Below, in pieces: positions 30,853 to 40,687 of a DNA stretch of 64,000 nt. Each line of letters starts with the position of its first letter. Position 1 is the first letter of the stretch. This DNA is from Candidatus Bathyarchaeota archaeon (GTDB lineage: Archaea; Thermoproteota; Bathyarchaeia; 40CM-2-53-6; RBG-13-38-9). The DNA lies in contig CAWECG010000003.1 in assembly GCA_963807605.1 (NCBI GenBank), positions 512,001 to 576,000 on the forward strand, read 5' to 3'. The notes beneath the pieces are model-generated. The model ran no database searches, was not told the DNA's origin, and saw only the letters and a list, made by a program, of their open reading frames with translations. Both the position numbers and the translations under genes were made by a program.

Positions 30853-31259
30853 AAATCAATTCAAGGAAGATCGGGCTGATCTCCTGCAGCGGCGAAGACC
30901 TGCCCGAAGGTACGATCTCAAGAGTTGCCACAAGAAGGATTCTCGAACGGCGAGACGACACAGTAACAATATGTCTACCACTGTTTTTGGCAGGAGGGCA
31001 GGGAGAAAGGGATTTCGCCAAAGAAAATCCCTGTATAACCGTCGACGGATGCAAGAAGATGTGTGCCGCCGTAGGCGTAAAGAAGTATGGTGGAGTGACT
31101 CCGTGCTCTACGATAGTGATTTCGGATGTGGTGGAAACCTTTGAGTGTCCGAAACCAACGTCGAAAAGCAAAATCGTATCACAGGATGAAGAACTCGTTA
31201 GAAAGACTATGAATGTTATAGATGAAAAAATCAAGATTGTAAGGGAAGGCAAGAACTGA
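30849..31259 (+). CDS. DGC-domain putative zinc-binding protein 2
   Basis: ISCSGE, TICLP, VDGCKKMC. Confidence 0.85.
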   Translation: MKINSRKIGLISCSGEDLPEGTISRVATRRILERRDDTVTICLPLFLAGGQGERDFAKENPCITVDGCKKMCAAVGVKKYGGVTPCSTIVISDVVETFECPKPTSKSKIVSQDEELVRKTMNVIDEKIKIVREGKN

Positions 31260-31261
31260 AA

Positions 31262-31675
31262 TTGTCATCGGAAAAGAAAGTGGCAGTAGCCGTGTGCACC
31301 GGAATGGATCAGCCACTCGCGACCGTAGCCAGATACGCTGGATACCACGTCTTGGAAAAACTAAGACCCGACAAGACGGTGCTTCTTTGCACTCCAGCCC
31401 TTCTAGGAGGAGTACAGGAAGATGTGGACTTTGTCAAAAACAACCCTGTCTTGATCATAGATGGCTGCGATGAGAAATGTTGCGAAAAGATCGTCAGGAA
31501 CTCTGATGGAAGAATACGCGCCATGATAAACGTGAAAGATGTCTTGAAAGAACACGGAGAACTACAGCCTGAGTCAAGAGTCAAACTTGGACCAATGGGA
31601 ATGGAACTTGCAGAGATAGTGGGAGACATCGCTGCAAAGAAGGTGGACCAAATACTGGAGGACGAGAAAGCTTGA
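31262..31675 (+). CDS. DGC-domain putative zinc-binding protein 3
   Basis: VCTGM, LLCTP, IDGCDEKC. Confidence 0.85.
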   Translation: MSSEKKVAVAVCTGMDQPLATVARYAGYHVLEKLRPDKTVLLCTPALLGGVQEDVDFVKNNPVLIIDGCDEKCCEKIVRNSDGRIRAMINVKDVLKEHGELQPESRVKLGPMGMELAEIVGDIAAKKVDQILEDEKA

Positions 31676-32067
31676 ACGAGAAGAAAGTTGCCATAGTTGC
31701 CTGTACTGGAATGGGGAAAGCCCTCGGAACGGTAGCCCGACAGGTTGCATACAAGGTTTCAGATGAACTACAACCGGAAAAAACGGTTTTAATATGCATT
31801 CCATCGATGGCTGCCAACGTGGGAGAATACAGGAATCAAGTGAAGAATTACCCATCAATCATCCTAGATGGCTGTGTGGAAAGATGTGCTACAAAAATCA
31901 TATCTAACAATAATGGCATGATCAAAGGAAGATTTTTCCTCCCACAACTTGTGAAGAAATACGGGTTAAAACCAGGACCCAGAACAAACATTGGACCCGA
32001 AGGAGACGAACTAGTAACCAAGATCGCTGAAGAAGTTGCAGCGCAAATTGACAAACTTCTACTGTGA
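31672..32067 (+). CDS. DGC-domain putative zinc-binding protein 4
   Basis: ACTGMGKALGT, LICIP, LDGCVERC. Confidence 0.85.
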   Translation: MNEKKVAIVACTGMGKALGTVARQVAYKVSDELQPEKTVLICIPSMAANVGEYRNQVKNYPSIILDGCVERCATKIISNNNGMIKGRFFLPQLVKKYGLKPGPRTNIGPEGDELVTKIAEEVAAQIDKLLL

Positions 32068-32534
32068 ACCTCATGGAATACTTGGAATTTAAGCTCGACA
32101 AATGGACCTTCAAAGTTCCAACGGATCTCCTCTACAACGAGAATGATTGCTGGGCAAGGATTGATGACAACACAGCTACGATAGGCATAACAGATTTTCT
32201 CCAAAACCTCATGAGCGACATAGTCTTTGTTGAGCTACCTAAAATAGGCGAAAAGATCGAACAATTCGACGAAGCCGGATCACTAGAATCAACAAAGACC
32301 ACACTTGACATAATCTCCCCAGTATCCGGAACAGTTCAAGAGGTAAACGAGGAATTATCCAACGCTCCAGACATCGCAAATACCGATCCGTACGGTAAAG
32401 GATGGTTTCTAAAAGTTCAGCTCGCAAACTTCGAATCTGACAGAGAGAACCTGATCAATGCAGAGGCTTACCTGGAAGTCTTGAAAAAGAAGGCTGGCAA
32501 AGAGCAGCAGAAACTGAAGAAGATTCCATCTTAA
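32064..32534 (+). CDS. gcvH: Glycine cleavage H-like lipoyl carrier protein
   Basis: IGITDF, VELP, LESTK (lipoyl Lys), SPVSG, DPYGKGW. Confidence 0.88.
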   Translation: MNLMEYLEFKLDKWTFKVPTDLLYNENDCWARIDDNTATIGITDFLQNLMSDIVFVELPKIGEKIEQFDEAGSLESTKTTLDIISPVSGTVQEVNEELSNAPDIANTDPYGKGWFLKVQLANFESDRENLINAEAYLEVLKKKAGKEQQKLKKIPS

Positions 32535-32617
32535 CGCAAAAGGAACATGCGCATTTGATGGAATTCTATAGGTCAATATTCAACGACTGTCAAATGAACA
32601 AAAGATTTTGATGGGTT

Positions 32618-32845
32618 TCTGAAATGTGACCACTGTCAACGATGAAAGATTTGTATGAGATGATAAGGGATTGTGAGAAAATTGTTACATTCTAAGCACG
32701 TCCTCAGATGGCGAATGTATCTGCTAAATCAAGAGAGGTCTGAGAGGTTTTCCACTTCCTGGAGAGAAATTATTGTGTGTGCACACCGCAGGGATACTAC
32801 AACATAGAGAGAATGCTTGAAGCAGTCATAAGAAAAGGAGCTAAA
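32618..32845 (+). repeat. ~230-bp inverted repeat, right arm (partner 25721..25950)
   Basis: Carries the 3' end of the DsrE gene (Cys TGT appears as TGA) and the start of a second DsrE fragment. Confidence 0.92.
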
Positions 32846-32977
32846 GTGAAGATCTGCGGCAGCTGCATAGGTGCTCGCGGCATAGAAGAACTGAAGCTGA
32901 TCGAGGGATTAGAGGCAAGCAACAGGGACGAGCTAGCCAACCGGGTGGTGGAGTCCGACAAGGTACTTACATTCTAG
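32777..32977 (+). pseudogene. 3' part of a DsrE/YchN-family gene
   Basis: TPQGYYNIERML, CGSCIGARG, SDKVLTF; N-terminus absent. Confidence 0.75.
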
Positions 32978-32979
32978 GG

Positions 32980-33501
32980 ATGCGGCTAGATACAATGGAT
33001 CAGGCAAGATTATGCGAGATAGTTTCAAGAAAATTTGAGGGAGCCAATAAACTCGTAGATATTGGTTGCGGAGACGGCTACCTAGTTAGCTGTCTAGCCA
33101 AGAAGCTAGGCAGAAAGATAGTGGGTTTAGACACGGCACTAGAAGGATTCGTCAGGGCGCACAATCAATGCAGAAGATTTGGTGTCTGTGACCTAATCGA
33201 ATGCGTGAAAGGAGACGCTCACGATATGAAGATGTTCGGAAGCAACGAGTTTGACGCCGTGTTATTGGCCTACTCGTTACATCATATGGCCCATCCTGAT
33301 GCGGTATTGAAGGAAGCAAAACGCATTCTGAGACCTAAGGGAAAGATTGTAGTCGTAGAGTATGTTGTTAGGAAGAATAGAAGCAAATGCCACAGATTCG
33401 TGAAGAAAGAGATCAATGACATGATGAAGAGCAGTGGATTCAGAAATACGTTTACACGAGAACTAGAGGAAGCCCTTGTTCTGGCTGAAGCTGAGAAATA
33501 G
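32980..33501 (+). CDS. Class I SAM-dependent methyltransferase
   Basis: VDIGCGDG, GDA, RILRPKG. Confidence 0.88.
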   Translation: MRLDTMDQARLCEIVSRKFEGANKLVDIGCGDGYLVSCLAKKLGRKIVGLDTALEGFVRAHNQCRRFGVCDLIECVKGDAHDMKMFGSNEFDAVLLAYSLHHMAHPDAVLKEAKRILRPKGKIVVVEYVVRKNRSKCHRFVKKEINDMMKSSGFRNTFTRELEEALVLAEAEK

Positions 33502-33517
33502 GCCGTGAACATGCCTA

Positions 33518-34138
33518 TTGCAGGATCAAAACGGTGTCAGTGACGTGGAGAAGTTTGTCAGATTCTACGATTCTGAATTTGGCAAGAAGATAACACAGTT
33601 TGAAGCAGAATACATATACAAAGGGTTGAGAAACTGCCGCAAAATTTTGGATGTGGGCTGCGGCATAGGATCCATCGAATCTAATCTTCCACAACTAGAC
33701 ATCATCGGACTAGACAATTCTGAGAACATGCTTAACGTGGCCAAAAAGAGAAATAAGGCCGAATATGCTCAGGGGGATGCAGCGAAGCTTGGATTCAAGA
33801 GCGCCTCCTTTGACGCCGTTCTTTACGTCACAACCCTAGAATTCCTTCACAGCTATCAAAAGGGTATTGAAGAAGCGCATAGAATCTTGAAAACGGGCGG
33901 TGGACTGTTGGCGATGATTCTGAATCCAATATCAAGATATTTCACGAAGCATATTGGTCAAGAGAACTCTTACTTTCTTAAAGTAAGACACAGGGATCCA
34001 AAGGCGATTCAAAGCTATATATCAAATCTCTTCACGGTGAAGACAGAATACCTCTTGGGAATCGACAAGGAAAACATATTCGATTCAAATAATCCAGAAA
34101 CAGCAAGCCTGTATGTTATTAAAGGAAAGAGAAAATGA
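33518..34138 (+). CDS. Class I SAM-dependent methyltransferase
   Basis: LDVGCGIG, GDA, SFDAV, RILKTGG. Confidence 0.88.
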   Translation: MQDQNGVSDVEKFVRFYDSEFGKKITQFEAEYIYKGLRNCRKILDVGCGIGSIESNLPQLDIIGLDNSENMLNVAKKRNKAEYAQGDAAKLGFKSASFDAVLYVTTLEFLHSYQKGIEEAHRILKTGGGLLAMILNPISRYFTKHIGQENSYFLKVRHRDPKAIQSYISNLFTVKTEYLLGIDKENIFDSNNPETASLYVIKGKRK

Positions 34139-34218
34139 CCCTATCAGAGCTAATGGAAGATTTTGGCGCACGCTAGATTCGGCATTCTACTTTAGAAAAT
34201 GCATAGAGAGGACCCTTT

Positions 34219-34557
34219 TTGTTCAGACATGATTCTCTTAGAAAGAGAGCTGAGCAAGTGCTCGGCCTAAAATCGGGCGCAAAGGAGGATCAGGTAACGA
34301 GAGCGTTTCGGCGACTTGCTCTAAAATACCACCCTGATAGATGCATGATGGATTCATGCAACAAAAAGATGCAGCTACTCGTCCAAGCTCGCGATCTCCT
34401 AATGAAGAAGCAATACGATGACTTCGACAATTACAAGCTACTGGAAGACGATGAGTTACTGCTTTCCATCCTTCCAAATGGAATTAAGTTAGACCCGCTT
34501 GCACCTACCTACGAAGAGTGGCACAAGAAACACTTCTATGGTTTTGGAGGAATATAG
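34219..34557 (+). CDS. Small J-domain protein
   Basis: AFRRLALKYHPDR. Confidence 0.8.
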   Translation: MFRHDSLRKRAEQVLGLKSGAKEDQVTRAFRRLALKYHPDRCMMDSCNKKMQLLVQARDLLMKKQYDDFDNYKLLEDDELLLSILPNGIKLDPLAPTYEEWHKKHFYGFGGI

Positions 34558-35015
34558 CTCGTGATCCTGATTTCTACATTAATCTCATGGAGGGAAACTG
34601 ATCCCTCTTACAGCAACCGTATTCGCGGACAGCTTTAGGTCGAGCCTAGCAATTCTTTTTGCCTTTTCTAAGACCTCAACCTCATAGGGCAAAGACCGGG
34701 TTAGTTGAACTCTTGCGGTATCGAGGAAAACCACTACGGCAGGGTAGGCTTGCCAAGCTGTCACATCTGAATCGCACGACTTGAATTTCTCTTGTTGGTT
34801 TGTTGGAATGGGATAGTCAAGGCAGTGTAGGGCAGTACACGTTACTCTGCATACTGTCTTACTCGGATTTTGCAGAGCAACTTTATCGTTGGAAAAATGA
34901 AATGTCTATACGTACTAGGGCATCTTTTAGAACCGTCGTACTCGCACAGGATTGTTACGCCGTTACATGTCTGACGGTTTAAATAGATCAATTAGTCATC
35001 AGCTGGACGAGGAAC

Positions 35016-35651
35016 ATGGTCTCTCTTACAGGTTTTATGCATCTTGTACATAGTAACTGGCTGATTGTTGTTCTGTCAATAGTGCTGTTCACGTTCTTTG
35101 TAATCGCTCTCCTGAAACCCTTCAAGAAGCGGAACTGGGCCTCTTTGGGTGTCACCGAAGCTTTCATCGTATCCTTGTTTACTGAGATGTTTGGAGTGCC
35201 ATTAACGATCTTCATCCTAAGTAGCTTCTTTGGTGTACCTCTTCAGCCAGATTACTTGCACGGGCATCTCCTCGCCGCTACCCTTGCGCTCTTGGGTTTG
35301 TGGACACTTGAAACGGGAGTCTTAGTCGTCATGGTAGTCAGCATTGTAATGTTGCTCGTAGCGGCATACTTGGTCGTACAGGGCTGGAGGACAGTATATC
35401 ATGGAAAAGCAGGGCTGGTTACGACGGGCGTGTACGGTCACATGCGTCACCCACAGTACTTTGGCATAATCTTTGGTTCAATCGCCTTTCTCATCCAGTG
35501 GCCGACAATTCCAACCTTGATTATGTTCCCAATACTTGTTGTTTCGTATTATCGTTTAGCAAAGAATGAGGAGAAGGAGATGGTTGAGAGATACGGAAAG
35601 GAGTACCTGGAGTACCAAAGAAGGGTGCCGATGTTCCTGCCGCGCCTCTAA
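35016..35651 (+). CDS. Isoprenylcysteine carboxylmethyltransferase family membrane protein
   Basis: LFTEMFG.PLT, LVTTGVYGHMRHPQY, EE..M..RYG..Y..Y..RVP. Confidence 0.88.
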   Translation: MVSLTGFMHLVHSNWLIVVLSIVLFTFFVIALLKPFKKRNWASLGVTEAFIVSLFTEMFGVPLTIFILSSFFGVPLQPDYLHGHLLAATLALLGLWTLETGVLVVMVVSIVMLLVAAYLVVQGWRTVYHGKAGLVTTGVYGHMRHPQYFGIIFGSIAFLIQWPTIPTLIMFPILVVSYYRLAKNEEKEMVERYGKEYLEYQRRVPMFLPRL

Positions 35652-35749
35652 GAGTGATTGAGTATCAAAGCTTTAGACCAATATCTTTTCTAGATCTAAA
35701 AGACTTCCAGGCACGCGTGTATATCGATCTTCAATTCGTATATCATCTG

Positions 35750-36148
35750 TCACTTGATCTTTTTTATCCGGTGAGCTGGCATCTCCCTATATGTGGCGAC
35801 GCACCTTCGCCTTCCAGCAGGGATTCTCGTAGACGACCATTTCAAAAGCGGCAGAATAGCCGTCCTCAACTTGGCGCCGTCTATTGTTAGGGAGTATTCC
35901 ACCCTCGGAGGTATCTCTGCAAAGCTTTCCCTTTTGATCAATCCTTCTCTTTGAAGCTCTTTGAGCGTGTCCGCGAGGGTTGTTGGGCTAATGCCTTTCA
36001 ATTGATCTATTAGCTGGTTGAACCTAAGCTTGCTACTATTTCCAATAGCGTTAATCAAAAGCAGAGACCACTTCTTACCTATCGTGTCTATGATGCCCTC
36101 CAGGGGGCAGAGGCAGACCTGCTCTGTTTCATTACTTCGTTCGCACAT
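35750..36148 (-). CDS. HxlR family winged-helix regulator
   Basis: CPLEGIIDTIGKKW, LRFNQL, IPPRVEYSLT. Confidence 0.9.
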   Translation of the reverse strand: MCERSNETEQVCLCPLEGIIDTIGKKWSLLLINAIGNSSKLRFNQLIDQLKGISPTTLADTLKELQREGLIKRESFAEIPPRVEYSLTIDGAKLRTAILPLLKWSSTRIPAGRRRCVATYREMPAHRIKKIK

Positions 36149-36214
36149 AGTTGCTCCGCCACTACATACTTTGTAATTCAAATACTACACTTATTGTAAT
36201 TTAAGACTTGTGAG

Positions 36215-36421
36215 GTGAAGAACATGTGTGATGAATGCATGCCCATGCACTCCTTGTGGAAGACTGGACGCTGCGGCTGCAGGTTCAGGCAGTTCCTATC
36301 GTCTGAGGAAGAAGTTGAAAGCTTAGAAGGTTACAGGAACGAGCTTCAGAGGGAGATTGCAGGAGTAGAACGGAGAATCGAAGAGCTAAACAGAAAAAGT
36401 AGAATACTCATTACATCATGA
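36215..36421 (+). CDS. Small Cys-rich coiled-coil protein (DUF5320-like)
   Basis: CGCRFRQFLS.EEE..LE.Y..LQ.EIAGVE; paralog at 38537. Confidence 0.7.
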   Translation: MKNMCDECMPMHSLWKTGRCGCRFRQFLSSEEEVESLEGYRNELQREIAGVERRIEELNRKSRILITS

Positions 36422-37446
36422 AGCCAACAGCGGTCGCAGGCAAACATAGGCGGACATTGATGACAGGATGGGAGAGAGTAGAAAACGCGATTGAAGCACA
36501 TGATTTGACGAAACGCTTCGGCGATGTAGTGGCAGTCGATGGTGTTAGCTTCGAAGTGGGAAAAGGCAAAGTCTTCGGCTTCCTCGGTCCAAATGGAGCG
36601 GGCAAGACCACAACCATCCGTATGCTTACCGGGGTAACAAAGCCTACGTCGGGTGCAGCCTTAATCTCCGGCTTCAATGTCACAAGCGAGCCAATAAGGG
36701 TGAAAGAGCAGATCGGAGTAGTGCCGGATAACCTTTATGATGAAATGTCGGCGTGGGATAACCTCATCTTCAACGCAAAACTCCACGGCGTACCTATAGA
36801 GCAGAGATCGAGCCGGGCAAAAGAATTCCTTGAACGCTTTGGTTTATATGATAGGCGCAAAGACCGCGTTGGCACTTTTTCAAGAGGGATGAAAAGCCGT
36901 TTAATGATAGCTACGGCCCTAATACACGAACCAGCGATACTCTTCTTGGACGAGCCAACCACCGGACTTGATGTTCAGAGTTCAAGACAGATTCGAGACC
37001 TAGTAAGAGAGCTGAACAGAAAAGGCGCAACAATCTTTCTCACAACTCATTATATCGAGGAGGCAGACCAGTTGTGCCATCGGGTCGCAATCATCAACAA
37101 AGGGAAGATAGTTGCCGTAGATACTCCTGAGAAGCTTAAGGCCACGATTCAAGTGGAGCACACAATTGAAATTTCATTTGAACATGCAGGGGAAATAGTT
37201 GGCGAGCTCAAAAGACTGAGCAATGTCAAGCAGGTGGTTACTGCTGGAGATAAATTCAGGCTGTATGTTGAAGATCCTGCGGAAGCATTGCCATCTATTT
37301 TCGATTTCGTCAACAAGAATCACCTAAGGGTTGTTTCTATCAATACGTTAAGGCCGACACTGGAAGATGCCTTTGTCAAGCTTACTGGCTTACAGCGTGA
37401 AGTCATGGCTATCGAAAAGGAACACGTAAAATCAGCTGGAGGCTAG
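36418..37446 (+). CDS. ABC-2 (DrrA-like) ATP-binding protein
   Basis: GPNGAGKT, FSRGM, LDEPT, TTH. Confidence 0.92.
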   Translation: MKPTAVAGKHRRTLMTGWERVENAIEAHDLTKRFGDVVAVDGVSFEVGKGKVFGFLGPNGAGKTTTIRMLTGVTKPTSGAALISGFNVTSEPIRVKEQIGVVPDNLYDEMSAWDNLIFNAKLHGVPIEQRSSRAKEFLERFGLYDRRKDRVGTFSRGMKSRLMIATALIHEPAILFLDEPTTGLDVQSSRQIRDLVRELNRKGATIFLTTHYIEEADQLCHRVAIINKGKIVAVDTPEKLKATIQVEHTIEISFEHAGEIVGELKRLSNVKQVVTAGDKFRLYVEDPAEALPSIFDFVNKNHLRVVSINTLRPTLEDAFVKLTGLQREVMAIEKEHVKSAGG

Positions 37447-37450
37447 AAAA

Positions 37451-38185
37451 ATGGTCAAAGCATTGATTAAAGACGCAAAGATAGCCCTCTACATAGCGGA
37501 GAAAGATGTCAAAATATACTTTCTTAAAGGACCGAACTTGACATTTGGGCTCCTTCTACCAGTGGTCCTCTATTTAGCCTTCGCCATAGGCAAGACCGTG
37601 GACCCAACCTCAGCTGTACCCGGTTTAGTCTCTATAGCATCATTCTTCGGAGCAGGAGCGATTCAAGCCATATCGCTTCCGCTGGAGAGAAGAACAGGAA
37701 CATTCAGTATACTTCTCGCAGCACCTACACGGTTATTCACGATAATTTTTGGAAAAGCCTTGGCAGGCTCTCTCTTTGGGATCGTCCTCTCGTTAGCTTA
37801 TACTATAATCATGATGCCTCTTTCTCAACCATCAAATGTACCCCTATTTCTCATCGGGGTCACACTCTCTTCATTTATGTTCTCCACATTCGGGCTGTTC
37901 TTGTCTGCACCTTTCCGAGATATCCCTCAAGCTATGCCTCCTGCGACTGTAGTGCGTATCGCGATGGTCTTCCTTTGTGGCGTGTTCACACCGATAGAGA
38001 CCATGCCCCCGTCTCTACAAGCTGTTGCATATTCATTACCGCTCACCTATTCAGTGGATGCACTCCGTCAGGCAATGAGCAGCTCCGCAAACATCATGCT
38101 TTTTGTGGATCTCGGAGTTCAAGTCCTCTACTCTATTATCTTCTTAGTCGCCACTACCAAAATACTCGAGAGAACCGTCAAATGA
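37451..38185 (+). CDS. ABC-2 permease
   Basis: ERRTGT, FLCGVFTP, PLTYSVDALR. Confidence 0.9.
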   Translation: MVKALIKDAKIALYIAEKDVKIYFLKGPNLTFGLLLPVVLYLAFAIGKTVDPTSAVPGLVSIASFFGAGAIQAISLPLERRTGTFSILLAAPTRLFTIIFGKALAGSLFGIVLSLAYTIIMMPLSQPSNVPLFLIGVTLSSFMFSTFGLFLSAPFRDIPQAMPPATVVRIAMVFLCGVFTPIETMPPSLQAVAYSLPLTYSVDALRQAMSSSANIMLFVDLGVQVLYSIIFLVATTKILERTVK

Positions 38186-38384
38186 TGTGAAGACCTACGC
38201 TAAAGTAAGTCGCAGATGTAACAGTTTGATTCAAAGAGTGAGTCTGTATGCGCTGACTGACTCTTGACTAATCGAGTATAGCGTGTCCGAAACAATATTG
38301 TGGCGGGCACAACGGGTTCCGATGCGTCATTGGTGCTGGAACTGATTTCAAAATTCGCAAAGGTTCGGGCCTCGAACCGCGCGC

Positions 38385-38461
38385 TTCTTACCTATCGTGT
38401 TTATGATGCCCTCCAGGGGGCAGAGGCAGACCTGCCCTGTTTCATTACTTCGTTCGCACAT
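38385..38461 (-). pseudogene. 5' fragment of a duplicate HxlR gene
   Basis: MCERSNETGQVCLCPLEGIINTIGKK is near-identical to the gene starting at 36148 and breaks at GCGCGCG. Confidence 0.85.
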
Positions 38462-38536
38462 AGTTGCTACGCCACTACATACTTGATAGTCTAAATACTT
38501 CATTTTGTGTATTAAGCTTACAATTAAGTTTGTGAG

Positions 38537-38722
38537 GTGAGAAATATGTGCCATGAATGCATGCCCGCCCATTCAATGCAGAGAATAGGCCACTGCGGCT
38601 GCAGGTTCAGACAATTTCTATCGCCCAAGGAAGAGATCGAGCGCCTTGAAGACTACAAGGAGCAGCTGCAGAAAGAGATCGCAGGCGTAGAGAATAGGAT
38701 TAAGGAATTGAAGAAAGACTGA
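38537..38722 (+). CDS. Small Cys-rich coiled-coil protein (paralog of 36215..36421)
   Basis: MCHECMP..CGCRFRQFLSPKEE. Confidence 0.72.
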   Translation: MRNMCHECMPAHSMQRIGHCGCRFRQFLSPKEEIERLEDYKEQLQKEIAGVENRIKELKKD

Positions 38723-38734
38723 AGATGGAAGAGA

Positions 38735-39724
38735 ATGGAAAACGCGATCGAAGTCAATGATCTTACAAAGCGCTATGGCGAAGTAATTGCCGTAGACGGT
38801 CTAAGCTTCGAGATAGCAAGAGGTGAAATCTTTGGACTACTTGGACCAAACGGCGCTGGAAAGACAACAACTATCCGCATGCTAACAGGCTTGTCAAGAC
38901 CGACATTCGGAAGTGCTAGGATCGCCGGTCGAGACTGTGTCCGAGAAAGCCTAGCGGTTAAGCAGAGGATAGGAGTAGTTTCAGAGTTGAGCAACCTATA
39001 CAATGAGATGTCCGCATGGGACAACCTGATGTTCATAGGTGAACTCTACGGCGTCGACAAGAATACAAGAACTGAGCGAGCCAAGCAACTCCTTGAACTC
39101 TTCCAACTTTACGACAGAAGAAATGCTCACATGATCGAGTATTCCAAAGGAATGAAACGCAGGGTTCGCATTGCCACCGCACTCATCCACCGTCCGGAGG
39201 TCCTCTTTCTCGATGAACCTACCAGCGGCTTAGACGTCGAAAGCTCCCGGCTTATCCGTTCACTTGTTAGAAGCCTGAATGAGGAAGGCATGACCGTTTT
39301 TCTAACAACTCACTACATCGACGAGGCTGACCAGCTCTGCGACCGGGTTGCCATAATAAAACAAGGGAAGATCATCGCGGAAGATTCGCCTGAAAGACTA
39401 AAGTCATCGCTACAAGAAGACTATATCATTGAGATTGCGTTCGACAGAATCGACTCAGAGGTGGAAACACTTCTTCAAACCGACCCAGCTGTGAAAGATG
39501 TCGAAAAACACGGAGACAAGTATCATGTTCATACAACAACTCCCGACAGCATAATCAAGAAACTGGTCCAGTACGCTGCATCGAATAATCTTGGGATAAT
39601 TAGTATAGATACGAAACAGCCGAGCCTCGAAGATGTTTTTGTAAAGTACACCGGGCTTGATGCTGTTCAGCTTGAGAGGATGGAGCTGCTTCGAGCCGTC
39701 AAGTTAGGTGGTCAACGTGCCTAA
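38735..39724 (+). CDS. ABC-2 (DrrA-like) ATP-binding protein
   Basis: GPNGAGKT, YSKGM, LDEPT. Confidence 0.92.
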   Translation: MENAIEVNDLTKRYGEVIAVDGLSFEIARGEIFGLLGPNGAGKTTTIRMLTGLSRPTFGSARIAGRDCVRESLAVKQRIGVVSELSNLYNEMSAWDNLMFIGELYGVDKNTRTERAKQLLELFQLYDRRNAHMIEYSKGMKRRVRIATALIHRPEVLFLDEPTSGLDVESSRLIRSLVRSLNEEGMTVFLTTHYIDEADQLCDRVAIIKQGKIIAEDSPERLKSSLQEDYIIEIAFDRIDSEVETLLQTDPAVKDVEKHGDKYHVHTTTPDSIIKKLVQYAASNNLGIISIDTKQPSLEDVFVKYTGLDAVQLERMELLRAVKLGGQRA

Positions 39725-40481
39725 CTCCTTCGCAGGACATCCAACCAAAGTCTTCTCTGACTTTGCGGCCAAGGGAGTCTGCATGGCGAAGAAAGACGCA
39801 AAGTGCTACTACTTCAAACCCCAGATAGCCGGATTCGGCATACTGATACCTGCCTTCATCTACCTCTCCTTCTCACTTGGACGCGAAATTCCACCTAATC
39901 TTTTGATTCCCGGTCTTGTCGGAATGGTCTCTCTTTTCGGCGCTTCCTCTATTGAGGCGATATCCATCCCGATTGAGAAGCAGACCGGCACCTATGAGCT
40001 TCTTCAAACTGCTCCAGTCTCAACGGCGAATGTGATCTTCGGCAAGTCCTTGGCAGGTTCAGCCTTTGGCATCCTGCTCTCACTTGTAACAGCATTCGGG
40101 GCGGCCATCTTGACTGGAGGCGCCATAAACAATCTCCTCCTGTTTGTGATTGCGTTGATTGCGGGGGCTTTTGCTTTCAGTGCTCTTGGAATGTTGGTTG
40201 CTTCCGCTGCGAAGGATATGCCGACCGCCAACATGGCGCTTACCGCTTTGAGGCTGCCTATGGTCTTTATCAGCGGAGTCTTCATACCTACACAAGATCT
40301 GCCGATTCAACTGCGCTTCGTCTCCTATCTGACACCGCTTACCTACATGGTTGATGCGTTAAGAGCGGCTATGAGTGGCCCAGACATTACTTTTGCTGTA
40401 GATGTGGCAGCTCTGCTTGTGTGGGTCGTCGTATTGCAAATGCTAGCAGTCATCGTGTTGAACAAGAAGATGGAATTTTAG
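39717..40481 (+). CDS. ABC-2 permease
   Basis: EKQTGT, FISGVFIP, PLTYMVDALR. Confidence 0.9.
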   Translation: MPNSFAGHPTKVFSDFAAKGVCMAKKDAKCYYFKPQIAGFGILIPAFIYLSFSLGREIPPNLLIPGLVGMVSLFGASSIEAISIPIEKQTGTYELLQTAPVSTANVIFGKSLAGSAFGILLSLVTAFGAAILTGGAINNLLLFVIALIAGAFAFSALGMLVASAAKDMPTANMALTALRLPMVFISGVFIPTQDLPIQLRFVSYLTPLTYMVDALRAAMSGPDITFAVDVAALLVWVVVLQMLAVIVLNKKMEF

Positions 40482-40687
40482 TCGAATCGGGGGCGTTTTC
40501 CAGCGCGCGCTAGACTGGTATACATTTCATAGATACTCAAATCCCTTCATCTGAGCGTCGTGGTAAGTGTCTATGTTTACGCCCGCATGCGCGTGTCCCT
40601 ACGCACGGGTGAAAAGCCTAAAAGACTGGAACTTGGGAGGGTAATGCTGGGTCTTAAAAAACGCCATTTTTTGGTGGAGGTCTAGGG

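Noticed and set aside
32624-32632. TGA at a DsrE Cys codon (ATG TGA CCA vs ATG TGT CCA) suggesting selenocysteine
   Set aside because: It lies in a start-less duplicated fragment with another in-frame stop just upstream; decay is simpler and I see no SECIS.
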